The position numbers were made by a program, and so were the translations under genes. DNA of 63,964 nucleotides, counting the filler, from Collodictyon triciliatum (taxonomy: Eukaryota), in assembly GCA_043381765.1 (NCBI GenBank). It is 4 parts of 4 records of this genome, joined end to end, with 100 filler letters (N's around TTAATTAATTAA, not from the genome) between each part and the next. Parts side by side here need not be neighbours in the genome. Positions count along the whole stretch, not along the records: positions 1 to 18,723 come from JBHJMP010001346.1; 3 more parts are not named here. The stretch is one strand, 5' to 3'. The notes under the pieces are model-generated. The model did no database searches. It saw only the letters and a list, made by a program, of their open reading frames with translations, and had not been told where the DNA came from. Positions 1 to 13,700 of this stretch are shown piece by piece (the stretch's first letter is position 1; the number at the start of each line of letters is the position of its first letter).

Positions 1-147
1 GAGAATCTGATCCTCGATGGACGTGAGTCCAGGCTGATCGCTTGCGTTGGACATGAAGCCGGCCTTCCTCCTTTTGGTCTGCTTTCTATCAAGATGGACA
101 ATTTAGCTAACATGGATGCCTCCACTCGGGATCTGGATCGGCTTTAA
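1..147 (+). CDS. Possible 3' end of an unidentified gene (partial)
   Basis: Frame 1 is open from base 1 (ENLILDGRESRLIACVGHEAG...TRDLDRL) to TAA at 145-147, followed by an A-rich tract. No family recognised. Confidence 0.3.
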   Translation, partial: ENLILDGRESRLIACVGHEAGLPPFGLLSIKMDNLANMDASTRDLDRL

Positions 148-1169
148 TGAAAAAGAAGAAATAAAAAAAAAAGTCTCTTTCTCGATGGCTCTTGTCAATC
201 ATCGTGTAGGGCTCTCCTTTTCTCGTCTGCTCGTGAATTACTGGAAGCAATTGTGGAAGCAGGTTTTTGAGGAGGGCTCAAAGAAAAACCGGTTGAATGA
301 ACAGTTGTATTTTGTGATGTCAAGCCATACCATTTATTACTTTCAAATGATAGAAAAGAACTCAAAATAAGATACATAAGAAAATTATAGTTGATTAATA
401 ATATATTCCAAATATAGAAAATCGAATTCGATTATCATCTTTTTAAATTCGTGTCGACATTTCGATGCACTACATGACCCATGACTGCAGTTTTTTCTTT
501 CGACTTAATCTGAATTAATTACTAGAACACACCAACTTATTTAACAAAACATTTACCGGATACAGACAGCGTGTGCTGAAGAAGGCCAAAAACGCACAAA
601 CACACGCTTTAAATTAGGCGCTAAAAACCATTTCATCGGTATATATATTAGAAATCCACCGTCCTGCGATTGACAGACGCTTTATTGTAATTCCTACAAT
701 CGGCCACTTTCATTTACCCTCCAAGTCACAAACACACCCAGCCACCCACGAACGCCTGCCCCGATCCCTGAACCAAAGGCACGTATGCCACATGCCAATG
801 ACAGCCACGCGCGAAGTTGGACAACAACAACAACAACTTCATTGCGCCTGCCAAACACACATATGCATACGGGATCATAGCACAACGCCTGTGATGAGTC
901 CTCCGAGAAACCGCGGGCCGCGCTGGTCGCAGCTGGTTCAAACAACCAGCTCCTCCAAGCTTTCTGGTGGTGCCCAGAGACCTCTGTCGCAGCGTGGATA
1001 TTGGATATATATATATATCCAATATCACAGTGGATGGGTGTGCCACCTGTCGAATGTCTCGCTCACAGACACCCTGATGCACGGCCAGAATGAAGCAGAG
1101 GAGGAGCGGAGGAGGAGCGGGGGGTTTTTTTTTTTTAAAAAATGACATCTTTAACCCTCTACCACCTAG

Positions 1170-4100
1170 ATGGAACTGACAGAGACATCGCGCTTCGGTG
1201 TCACCGTCAAGGATCTTCGCGAGTTGCTGGAGGCCGAGAAGGACAAAGGCGTCGAGCTGCTGAATACGAAATATGGAGGTCTGCAAACCCTTCATTTCTT
1301 CTCTCTTCATCTCTACTCCACTGAGGCGCTACACCTGGATTTCGCGTAGTGTCTTTCACTGCGATAGCAGCCCACTCATATATCTTATCTCCTCTCCACT
1401 CCCGCTCTCAATCCACACAGAATCAAATTCGTAGAATATTTCTCTTAGATTCCGCTTTTGTCATGATTGCACGAAGATTCACATAATCTGCTTTTTTTTC
1501 TTTGTTGTTGTTGCACGGCCTCTTTCAACAGGCGTCAGTGGGTTGGCTGCTGCGTTGAGAGTGGAGGTGAAGCAAGGAATTCCGTCCAACAACCCCTCGG
1601 GTTAGTATTCACATCTATTACTTCCCTTTCTCTGGGACAAACCCAAACAGCCAGTCAACCAATTATTTCATTCTTTTTTTTCTTTCTGCAGACGCTTTTA
1701 TGTTATGAGTTGGACGGTGGGTTCCCATATTCACTTCTGCTTCCTCTTTACACAGACGTTGCCGCGCGTATCTCACTCTTTGGAGAGAATGTGATGCCCA
1801 CGAAGCCGCCAAAGACCATCCTGGAGCTCGTGTGGAGCGCTCTGCAAGACTTTACCTTGATCATGTTGCTCATCAGTGCTGCGTTCTCTATAGGACTTGG
1901 TACTTTTCTTTTTCTTTTTTATGAGTAAAAAACCCCCTTTTTCATCTATGCACTTTGCCTCACCCAATTCTTTCCTTCGACCATGGTCATACGATCTTTA
2001 CTTCCACAAACCACCATAATAGCTCATCTTTGACGAGAAAGGTGATTAGCATGATGCGCTGTTTGTAATAGCCATTTTTCTTACTGTATTCTTCAATGAT
2101 AGGTATCTACGAAGATATCAAACATGATGTAAAGGGATGGGTGGAAGGAGTCGCCATTCTCTTCTCTGTCTTTGTTGTCGTCACTGTCTCCGCCCTGAAC
2201 GATTATGCGAAGGAGAAGCAGTTCCGCAAATTGAATGCCCAGGCCTCAGACATCTCCGTCAACGTCATTCGCAATGGCACCCAAGAGGTTTGTCCAATCC
2301 TATCGCAACGCTCATTCCTTGCTATTGCATGCCTCAATTACGGAACCAATAGTGCATTATTAGCAACCTATTTTCTTTTTGTTTGGTTTGCTTTCATGGT
2401 CACTTAGCCCATTATCATTCATACTTCAGGAAAATGAGTCCACCAACTATTCGATTCATAGCTTATATTATGGCTCAATTAAGCATTCATCTTTATTGTA
2501 GCAAATTTCCATCTTCAAGTTGCTTGTTGGTGATATTGTCGAAATCTCTGTTGGAGACATTCTCCCCGCAGACGGTGTTATTCTAGATGCAAATGACCTT
2601 AAAATCGACGAAAGCTCTCTGACTGGCGAGTCCGATATGATCAAAAAGTCCCATGAGAAGCCTTTCCTGCTGTCCAACACAAAGGTAAATTCCCACTAGA
2701 ATTATATTGCCATCCACATCAAAACAAAATACCTATGAATAGTCCATTCTTGCTATATCCCCCTTCCTTTAAGCAAGAAGTAACAAAACAAAGCAAGTTA
2801 AATCGGATTAATATGACTCTTACTACCTCCCGTATTATTTAGGTCATGGAAGGCAGCGGAAAGATGATTGTTGTTGCTGTTGGATGTAACTCACAGGCCG
2901 GCATTATCAAAGCACTCATTCTGACAGGGAAGTTCTCCACCACTGGTGCAAATACGTCTGAGGCTGACGGAGAGAAGTAAGTCTTGGCTACCTCTATGTC
3001 TTGTCACTGATGCGGTCTATCACAAGATGAGACGTCAGCGGTCCACCGTCAAGAATTTGAACATTTCCAAATCTTATATCTTATTGGATGTATGAACTCA
3101 TAGGAAGGAAGAGGAGGAGGAAGAGGAAGAAGCCACCTCTGTCCTTCAAGCTAAGCTAGAAGACCTCGCTATCCTGATTGGCAAGGTTCAATCTCATTCA
3201 ATCAAAACACCATGAAGAAACGTAGCAGTAGACGACAATTATCATCCACTTCAATCTAAAAAAAAAATCATCCATTTCAATCGGTCATTACGAGTTTGCA
3301 TCACATCACTATTTTCTAGAATTGAAGTAGAAAGTAACGGCTCAATGACAATTTATCGTTATAAAATTATCAGATTGGTACAACAGTGGCTGTTGTTGCC
3401 GTCGTCATTATGATTATCAGACTTCTTGCCCACAAACCAAATAACTGGGGTACTGATGAGTTCAACGATTTGATCCGCTTCTTCATCACTGGCATTACCA
3501 TTCTGGTCGTGGCTGTCCCTGAGGTTTGCATCCGTATGATATAGCTATGATATCAAAGCACTGAATCCATGGACGTTTTATATTATAGTGACTTTCTCCA
3601 TTCTAGGGAATCTGTTGTTTGCCTTCTAATTAGCTTTCATATTTCTAACATTCATCTGACATCCTTCAGGGTCTCCCACTCGCCGTTACACTTGCTCTTG
3701 CCTTCTCTGTCCAGAAGATGTTGGACGACAAGAACCTGGTCAAGCACCTTGACGCCTGCGAAACCATGTATGTTGACCTCTTTATTTCTGAAAAAATCAG
3801 AAAGAATCATGTTTTTTTTAGTACCAAACAAAAATGCAACCTAAAACAACCTGGGTTGCCTCATGAGTTATTCCTTATTCGTATCACCAACAACAGGGGA
3901 AGCGCCACCACCATTTGCAGTGACAAGACTGGTACCCTTACCACAAACCGAATGACTGTGATGTCCTCCTGGATTGGAGATATTAACTTGAGTCAGTTTT
4001 ATAACCCGATGTTTATGTGTCTACATAACCCAAATAAAGTAAGATATATCTTGGCCAATATTTACTGATTCACCTAAATATCGATACAATATTTCCTCGT

Positions 4101-7100
4101 GCGCATAGAGGAGAAACCAACTTTGAAGAACGTCAATCCCGGATATGCCGACCTCTTGGCCCGTTCCATCGCCGTTAACTCCACTGGACGCGTAGAGTTC
4201 AAAGGTGGCGTTTGGGACTACATTGGCAACAAGACCGAGTGCGGTATGATCAAGTTTTTAGTCGAGGAGAACTTCGACTATATGGCCATGAGAAGCAGTG
4301 CTCAGGTTCAAAGCAGAATCATCCTTTCCCTCATATTTGCTCAGTATTGATATTTCTTTGTATTTATGTTGCTTATCTTACAAATCATGGAGGAAATAAC
4401 TCACTCCAAGTTTCTCCCAGCCAATCCATCACACTCGTTCATTCTCTTGCATATCCAATTAAGTTTGCGCAGTATGAATCACACAGATACATCCCATTCT
4501 AATCCACTTACGAACCGTTTGTTAAGGTTGTGCGCGTCTTCCCATTCTCCTCCAAACGTAAGAGAATGAGTACCGTTGTCAAGCTCCCCACAGGTTCTCT
4601 CCGCATCTACACTAAGGTTTCTATCTTAAATAGAACTTTATTTGGAATATATATTACTTTCTACAAATATTTTGATTTGGGCACTGGAGATTGCCTTTCT
4701 CATCGTTAAGTTAATAATCACAACCAGGGCGCCTCTGAAATTATCCTTGGCCGCTGCTCTCACTATGTTGATGCTCAAGGACACTCTCACGTTATGACGC
4801 CCCAGAAGATGGAATCTGTCAATCGCGAGGTATTTCCTTAGCTTTTAATCGGCTTAGGTTCCGCTACACCATTTCCGTGACCACTTTTTGACGTAGAACA
4901 TATTGAACCCTCTTAGACCATCAACGCTTTTGCTGAAAACGGCCTGCGAACACTCTGCATGGCATACAAGGATATATCTGAAAGCGAACTCGAGCTTCTC
5001 GATGAAGAAAATGAGCCTCTCGCTGAGAAGGGACTGCAGTGTTTGGCCATCCTTGGTATTGAAGACCCTGTCCGCGACGAAGTCCCCAAAGCTATCAAGA
5101 CTTGCAATCGTGCTGGAATCACTGTTCGCATGGTCACTGGTAAGAACCGCATCCCAACACTCTTTTTGTTATTGAAACTCTTTATTGCACTGTTGTCGTA
5201 TACTGGCAACCGATTTCTATGCATTTTCCTCTTATGTGCTACTTCTTCGACTTATCACAAAATGATTCACCAGGTGACAACTTGACTACTGCCATCTCTA
5301 TTGCCCGCAAGTGCGGTATTATTCCTGAGGAGACACGCGACTACTCTATGTTTGCTATGGAAGGCCCTGCATTCCGCAAGCGTGTTCTTACTGAGGACGG
5401 CAAAATCAGACAAGTATGAAAGGCCAAATTATTCATATTCGATAATTGTCCAACACACTTCTCATTTCTTCTTTATATTGTAATTTTTTTTTGGAAAGCT
5501 GTTTTACTGACTCACCCAAAAAACAGGATGAGTTTGACCGCATCTATCCTCAACTCCGTGTTCTTGCCCGTTCCTCTCCTGCAGACAAATTTACACTCAT
5601 CACTGGATTGCTTGAGACCAATCTCCCTGATAAACAGGTTAGTACATCCAGACAGCAACTCACTATTCTAGCTATCTCTGGTCAGTGGATGAACCTCGTA
5701 CATATCATATCATCCTAATTCCTACTCTGATTAGGTCATAGCTGTCACCGGAGATGGTACCAATGACGCCCCAGCACTGAAGAAGGCCGATGTCGGATTC
5801 GCTATGGGAATTCTCGGTACCTCTGTCGCCAAGGTTTTCATTTTTTTTTTTTTTTACGCATGGGTATACTTTCCACTTGATTTGTTTGAAAGACCAGCCA
5901 TAATCACATGCAAACCAACGCCGAATGGCTATCTTCTTCATCCTTTTCCCCGTTCTCTTGGTATTTGAACACAATCATTCAAACTGATAGCCCGCGCGCT
6001 TATCTCTGTTTATACTACAGGATGCTTGTGATATCATTCTTACTGACGACAACTTCAGCAACATCGTGAAGGCTGTGATGTGGGGTCGCAACGTGTATGA
6101 CAGCATCGGCAAATTCCTGCAATTCCAGCTGACTGTCAACGTGGTTGCCATCACCATCGCTTTCATTGGTTCGGTTGTCAATGAGGAATCTCCTCTGAAG
6201 GCTGTGCAACTTCTCTGGGTGAATTTGATTATGGACTCCTTTGCTTCCCTGGCTCTCGCCACCGAGCCGCCAACAGATGCCTTGCTCAACCGCAAGCCAT
6301 ATCCCCGCGACCAATCCATCATCTCCGCCAGGATTGCGACCACAATCCTAGGAAATGTACCTTCAATTATATTCATCTATCATATTAGATTGACGCTCAC
6401 ATAGATGCTTTTGAGGTTTCTGCCCCTTTTACTGGACTAACAATCACCCTCGCACTGTATTCAGTCTATCTACCAATTGGTCATCCTCTTCACGATTTTG
6501 TACTCTCCCTCCTCGTTCGACCTTGAGGACGGATTTGGAAACACTCACCCTGGAGACCCGCCAACCAAGCATTTCACCATAGTGTTTAACACATTCGTGC
6601 TGATGCAACTATTCAACGAATTTAATGCCAGGTGCGAATTTAATGCATTAATGTTAATAATTTTATGTCTGATAATGCCGAAAAAATAAGAAAAATATAT
6701 GGTACTTGCAACTGTCATTTCGGTTCTGTAGATTAATGCTTAATTCCCACTAAAAAAAATTAATAGAAATCTTCACGGTGAGCTGAACCCCTTCCGCAAT
6801 ATCCAAAACAATCACATCTTCACTGGTATTTGGTTCGGCACATTTGTCGTTCAGGTTCACACACATTCTTAATTCGCACCCACAGAAATTAAATACAAAG
6901 CAGAGGTATCATCCGTTTTAATAAGCTACATAAGTCCCTTCCTTTCCTTCCCTCCCTTCCCTCCATTCCCTCCACCAATCAATCAATATATCTCACTACT
7001 TTGAGATACATTCTCTTTCTAGGTTTTGATTGTCTTCTTTGGTGACACCGTCTTTGGTTGCAAACCACTCAACGGGGACGAATGGGGCATCTGTATTGCC

Positions 7101-7334
7101 TTCGGAGCTGGAAACTTCTTCTGGGGAATCTTGCTGCAAACTGTCCCGGATGAATGGATTGCTAAGGTCATTCCCAGCCTTCAGACCGAGGCAGACTCCG
7201 CCACTGGTTACAACCAACATTCATCGATTCGCCTGCGCGACGGAGAAGGTGGGCAGCATCGCACAGCTTCTCGCCGCTCATCGTCCAAACGACAGGGTTC
7301 TGTCTTGCGCCGCGGAAACTCCCGCTTATCGTGA
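1170..7334 (+). CDS. PMCA: Plasma-membrane-type Ca2+-transporting P-type ATPase (P2B/PMCA), about 21 exons
   Basis: Spliced exons give [63 protein letters not shown], the phosphorylation motif CSDKTGTLT (~3916-3942), [64 protein letters not shown] and [16 protein letters not shown]. Introns are GT-AG. ATG 1170 follows CACCTAG, so an upstream exon is possible. Confidence 0.95.
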
Positions 7335-7460
7335 GCAACCACCTTAACTCTTCTTTATTTCTTTCCTCCCCTACGACCCTTCATAGCAACACACGCACAC
7401 AGAATTAACATTTGAAACCCTTGCATTAACATATGGATATGGAAGAGAAAGAGAGAGAAC

Positions 7461-7650
7461 AATAATAATAATAAAATAATAATAATAAAATAATAATAAT
7501 AAAATAATAATAATAAAATAATAATAATAAAATAATAATAATAAAATAATAATAATAAAATAATAATAATAAAATAATAATAATAAAATAATAATAATAA
7601 AATAATAATAATAAAATAATAATAATAAAATAATAAAATAATAATAATAA
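7461..7650. repeat. Compound (AAT)n microsatellite with a 14-bp period (AAAATAATAATAAT)
   Basis: Directly visible tandem array just downstream of the PMCA stop codon. Confidence 0.9.
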
Positions 7651-7789
7651 GTAGATATCTTCACCTTTTCAAACAAACAAACGATCATATATGTATCAGA
7701 GGAATGGAATAATTGTTGAATAGTATCCATAAGATAGGTGTTTTTTTTCTTTCTCTCTTTCCTCTCACTAATCCTATTTCATTTTCTCC

Positions 7790-8378
7790 ACCTTTCTTAC
7801 AACAACTACAGAAACAGCAACCAAGTTTGGCACCAATCCAGCGCCGGTGTCCACTAAAGTTTGGTCTCTATGGCATTATCATCACTTTGCTGGCCCCACT
7901 CTTTTGCTAGATGCAATTCATATATCAACCCTTTCTCTCTCTCCTATTCTTTTTCGTCCCCTTTTCCCTATTTTGTGTGGGGTGAGGTCGTTTCATTCCC
8001 CACAAACAGGCCAAAAGCTTGCTCTCGATCCTTTATTTCCCCCATCCATCTGTTCCGTCCCTGATTCTCCTCTCTATATTCTGCTCAACCACAGAATAAA
8101 AACTTCTTTATCATGGGAACACACCGAGTTGAACTCAAGTGATACCGTCGCTTCGGATGACTTGATACCAATCCTGAAACAGGTACTGGGCAGATTATTC
8201 CTTTTTTCTTCCTTCTCATCCCCTTCTCTCTTTTCTCTATTCCCCATCTCTATACTCCTCTGATGGCACATCCGCCATCACTATCCCCTTTTTACCTCGG
8301 AATACTTGCTTGGTGGTTGAAAAAAGATTGTTGGCATGGGCGCCAACAGCTAAGTCTGTCGTGAATAAAAAAAAAAAT
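7790..8378 (+). mobile_element. Probable decayed 3' end of a non-LTR retrotransposon
   Basis: The frame reading PSICSVPDSPLYILLNH resembles a degenerate C-terminal CCHC zinc knuckle of LINE ORF2. The segment ends in a stem-loop TGTTGGC-N6-GCCAACA (8329-8348), then GAATAAA and an A-run. No TSD found and the 5' boundary is approximate. Confidence 0.35.
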
Positions 8379-8867
8379 TTCCCTCTGTTCAAAGGCCGTT
8401 ACAAATAAAAATGAATAATTGATGAAGAGTTCATAATGTGATTGAAGAGATGGATTGGGTTGCAGTATTAGAAAACAATATTATTTCAACTATATTTACT
8501 TTGAAGGCAATCACAAAGCCGCTTATTCAGTTCTCCAAGACACTAGCCCCATTTTTTTCCCCTTCGCTCCATCACTTTTGCTATGCTTTTTGTGTGGATT
8601 TCTCTGCACGACCAAAATTTATCATAAGAAAACTAAATTTACCTATATCTTTGTACTTCAACCTCCGACCAACTCTTTCAAATCGGCTAGAGCAACTTCA
8701 GACTCGAATCATAAGCACACATTAAAGACACACACCTTCAACATCAGCACAAGCACATTTCCACCATCGAAAGCACACAGACAGTCAAGAACTTAAGTCA
8801 AAGACCGGCACAATACAAGTGATTTATTAAATCCCTTTTGCTTGGACACTCATTATTTTTAACTAAA

Positions 8868-8908
<41 letters not shown>

Positions 8909-10580
8909 CCGATCAACATAAGGTCAAGCAAACTGAATAACCCAACATGAAAACATACCTTTATTTTCTTTCTATTAAGAAAAGCGGAGGTTTACACCTA
9001 AGCAAGTCTTTTACCTTTGTCAGAATGTCAGAAGACTTTATCGAGAATGGGGTTGTCTATCAAAAGCTGGCAAATAAAAATAAAATGAAAGAAACAAGAA
9101 CGGGCCAAAGATGAGTCCCTTCAGCAAAACTTTATGTGATTGGCTCTAGTCGTGCCCAGCATAACCCCTGGGTTGTGGTGTCATTCACCAACCGACCAAA
9201 ACTCAAAACTCAAAACTTATTTACATATCCAAATAACAATAAATTCAACTCTTCCTCCTTCCTGCAAAGGTTTTAGGGCCCTCATCATTACGACAAAATC
9301 GCGAGCCAAGGAGAGCTGGGACTATTCCGGATTTCCGAGCCTTTCTGTTGCAAAGCATTGTTGGCCACGCATCCACACTATGTGAAATACCCCTTGATTC
9401 TTTTTTTTTTTTTTATTTTTTGAAGCTTTAGCTGACTATTCATTTTGTTGTTACTAAGAATTTTAAGTGAATCCTATTCCAATCTCATGCAGTTTGTGAT
9501 GCTTTTTGGGATCTTCGGGGCGATTGAATATCTGGTTGCTCTGCCCACAGTAAGATTACTTCGATGGAGATCCTTCAGACGTAGACTTTAAGAACGTCTC
9601 TTAGGTATTGGGTTTGATTCCAGGTTGGTTGTTGATCTGTTTGCTTTTTTCTCCTCAACTCGGCTTTTTTTCATGGGATATGCCTATTGGTGGAAAAAAT
9701 AAATCCCTCGTTTGTACATATTTTCCTTTATTCGATACAAGTGAATGAAGGAGTTTTTTTAAAATTTTTACAGGACGCCGTAGTTGTTGCATGTTGGCTG
9801 AAAGCAGTGACACGAGTCGGTTAAGGGGTTCAGGCCAGCAGCGTACGGAATCTTGATTTGTGGCTCGTCAATATACAACCGATATGGTCGAGAATAGTTG
9901 CAGCCTTTAAGAGGTGCGACTACCAAGGGCTCTGACTTCAATTTGATCGGAGGCCAAATTCTCCCTGGGGCGAAAGTGCACGCGACTACCCTGCTCTTCT
10001 TTACTATCAGATTCCTTTATATTCGTTCATTCTATTCGACTCCAAATTCAAAACCCTAAACTAATGCATGTCTAGTATTCAACAGATAACATATAGCAGC
10101 CGACAAACCAGCATAACTTCTTCAGCATAGGCATCAGCGGAACCGGCAAGAATATTGTATAATTATTTTTTGCAGACTCTGAAGAAATATACCTTTATTT
10201 TTAATTAGCAACTACAGTATTACTAAAATTTTTGGAAATATAGGTAATGCATTATCCATTCTTATAGTCTGAAGATAGTCATCCATTCAACTTGACTTCT
10301 TGAAATTCAAAATTATACTTTAATCGACCAGATTCAGTTATGACACATGTTTGGGAAAATCTCTACAGGTATTTTTATGGCTAAATAAACGCTAGAGTCT
10401 GATTCTTTGCTATCTTATTTATTTTTTACCTTTACTTTTCATAAGGCGTAGATGATATTGAATAATGCATGAATTAAAAATAGCCAAGTTGGATAAATCA
10501 ATCATGAGTTAAATTCAACGATATTAAAGGGTTTCATTCAAACAAAAAATATCTATATGATTAATACAAAATTTTCGACT

Positions 10581-10763
10581 TTTTTTTTATTCTTCCATTC
10601 CATTTTGTGCAGGACGGTGGAGATGTTGGCTTTGGTTCTCTAGCAATCGTTTGCATGGACGCAACTTGGTGGCCGGGTGGCATAGAATTAATCGGTAATC
10701 AGGAATTGCATCCCGCAGTTTGGCCTGTAGTCTGGGTCTTATGCTTGGATAAGAAAGACCAGG
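10581..10763 (-). mobile_element. 5'-truncated poly(A) retroposon copy with ~15-bp target-site duplication
   Basis: Flanked by ACAAAATTTTCGACT (10566-10580) and ACAAAATTTTCAACT (10764-10778). The T-run at the left end is poly(A) on the minus strand. Its 3' end matches the copy at 39496-39546. Confidence 0.75.
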
Positions 10764-13700
10764 ACAAAATTTTCAACTATTTTAATATTTTGATTATTTC
10801 TCAGGATGAAATCAAAAAAACCATTTATAATAGCACTTCACGAACTTTCAGAAAGGGCCCATCTGTCACCCATTTCATCTTACAAAGACTCTGGAGCTCT
10901 CATTTTTTGGTGATAAACAAGTCACAGTAAGTTGACCAAGCCAATTCATAGCATCGAAAGGAAATTTATTTCAAGGTTTCTAGTTATATTAATTTTTATA
11001 ATAATAAAAAACTTATAATCAAAAAGTTTGAGGGCATTAACAATAATAGAGCAATCTTTGGGCAAGATTTACCATGATTATAATAGTAAAAAAGTATGAT
11101 TCTTGTCTAATTTTCCCATCTAATTCTTATCATAAGTGAAAAGCACGAAATATTTTAAATTTGTATCACAGAAAATTCGTCACATGTTTTATATTCAATG
11201 GTAGAAAAACCAAATACGCACATTTTAAGTACATGTGTATAAAGCCTCATTTTTAGCAGATTATCAAACAAAATTCATTCTTCATTTAGGTCTCGCTTTG
11301 ATAAATGGTTCAATCTGGCAACTTCATGGACTAGCTGAAAAATCGCATTATTTTATTTAATCTACCATATTAAGTATTAATTATTCATCTTCAATCGGAA
11401 AATGTTCGAACTAAAGTCATGGACAAAACTCAGATACAGTTGAAAATGAGAGGGACAAAAGACAAAATCCGTGGGAAAGGGAACTGTTTCGATCTAATAC
11501 TTGGAGGAGGGGGGTGGGGTGGTGGATCGGCGGCTCCTAGTTTTCCCGATGGTCTGAAGTAAAGGTCTAAGAACGTACGGTGGGGGTGTTGGGTTGTGTT
11601 ATGTGTGGAAGTAAGTATGTCTTTGTCCAGTCATTCATGACCAAAAAATAAAAAAAATCATAATATTCTTTGTAAATTTTTGTAATCGAGAGTCATGCAT
11701 CCTTTTTTGCGGTAAGGAGGGTTAATCTAAGTTGAAAACATTACATATTTAACATATAAAATACAGCATGCATTAAGTCGAATAGTTTATAATTAAAATT
11801 ATTTCAGTTGTAAGACTATTACTACTAATGATAGTACAAAATCTATAAAATTAAGAATTATCATCGGAGTCTGGCCATTCTAGTTATTTCATTATTCAGT
11901 TGGTAGATTTAATCCTAACATAAAATACATGGAATCAATATTTTAATATTTATATTATAATTGCCCCAGCTATATATTTTCTAATGAAGTTAAATCAAGA
12001 TGAATGGTCTGCCTACAGAATCGTCATGCTATATCGTTTATTTTTCAATAATCGTATTACGTATCGCCTTATCTATATTAAATCTACAAAAAATCTTTAA
12101 ATTACGTATCTACCTGAAATTTTTTGTTATCTGCATACCCTTGGTATCCTTTTTTTAAATTCCGTTTTAATTAAATCAATAGATACACTTTTGCTTCAAA
12201 TGTGAATTTAAAAACCAACTAATCAACATATGAACCATTATTATGTCCAAATCGAAAAACACATACCATGTCCCCGCTAAAAACCAGTTTGCTGCTGAAT
12301 GATACACCACCCCTCCCCTTGACCGACCTGCAATCTTTCGTCCATAGCTTCACGCCCATACCCCTCACCTAACTAGACCTTGTTCGTTTCTCCAAGTGAA
12401 ATGATTTGTAGGTTTATCGCTCAATAAATAAACCAATATAATAGTTAATCGTTGTTATGTCATCTAAATTAGTTCAATTTTCTCCCTTAAATATTTAGAT
12501 GTCGATTTATCAAATCCAACAAACCCACCCTCCCCTTCCAATGAATTAGGGGTAATGAAAAGGTATTTCTTATATGTATTATTATGTTGCACTCGACTAA
12601 CCGAGGATATGGTAGACGGTTCACGCCCTTTTTATTTTTTCGATTATAATCATTCACGTTTATTCATAAATCCTTTTTATTAATCCTAAATATGTCTCTT
12701 ATATTTATGTTGATTTATAATTGATTTATCCATCTAACCCACCCCATATACAGTATGTCTTCTGTGATTAGTTCATATTAGTGATTCTATCATATGATTA
12801 AGCCTGATAGTGTTCAGTTTATTATGTTTGGTCAAAATATGGCAGAGTACAAGTATCAAATACGATTAAAATTTAATTTATTTATGTATTATTAATCAAT
12901 TTTCAACTAGGAACGTTATCTCTGTATTGATGCACACGTAAAATACCTCAATGACTAAATTTTCAATTATACATTACCGTTGAAACGATTGTGCTAGTAA
13001 ATTTATTAATATTCAGACCTGTGTTTCCTTTATCATAGTAATAATTATATTTTGTATCAAATTCTAGTACTAACCTTAGTGTAATAGACTTATTCTATTC
13101 AGAGCTCCAAAGAACCTTTATAGCACACAGTCTTCAAATTTTTAATGAAATATATGATTTACATATAACATATCACTATTAATAGTCAAAATAATAAAAC
13201 AATTTTTTTATCAGAGTGATTTGGTTTTGATTAGTATAGCTGGTTTTAGTTCAACAAATCATATTAATTTGGTTACTGTAAAAATATGTCCTTCAAACAA
13301 AGTTTGATTAGAAATCACTTTATTTGGGACTTATGATAGAAAATGAGATAATAATTGATATAAATCAGATAAATAAATGCAAAATGATACAGAAACGGGT
13401 TGTGAATCATGAAATCCATTAGAGATGATATCCAATACTCACACAACACCTTTTGATACTGCAATAAATTAGTTGCTGAAATTTAATGAATAATAGGATG
13501 TAGTTCATCGCTTAAGCCCCTATTTTGTACATAGACGGTTATACTTCAAGGGATATCATATTTTAATTATAATCAAATATAGTTGACTGAAAGACAATTT
13601 TCTAAGTTATATTAAATCATAATTATAATTTCTATCAGATATTATCGAAATTCATGTTCTAAAGGAAATCTTTTTGTTTGCTCCTATATGATGTTCATTC

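Noticed and set aside
10050-10061. CCCTAAA telomere-like heptamer
   Set aside because: Single copy, expected by chance.
11500-12545. G-rich tract (11503-11600) and C-rich tracts (12305-12540) as possible inverted transposon ends; AGGGTTAA at ~11718 as a piggyBac-like end
   Set aside because: Similarity is only low-complexity G/C runs. No matching opposite terminus, TSD or transposase remnant was found.
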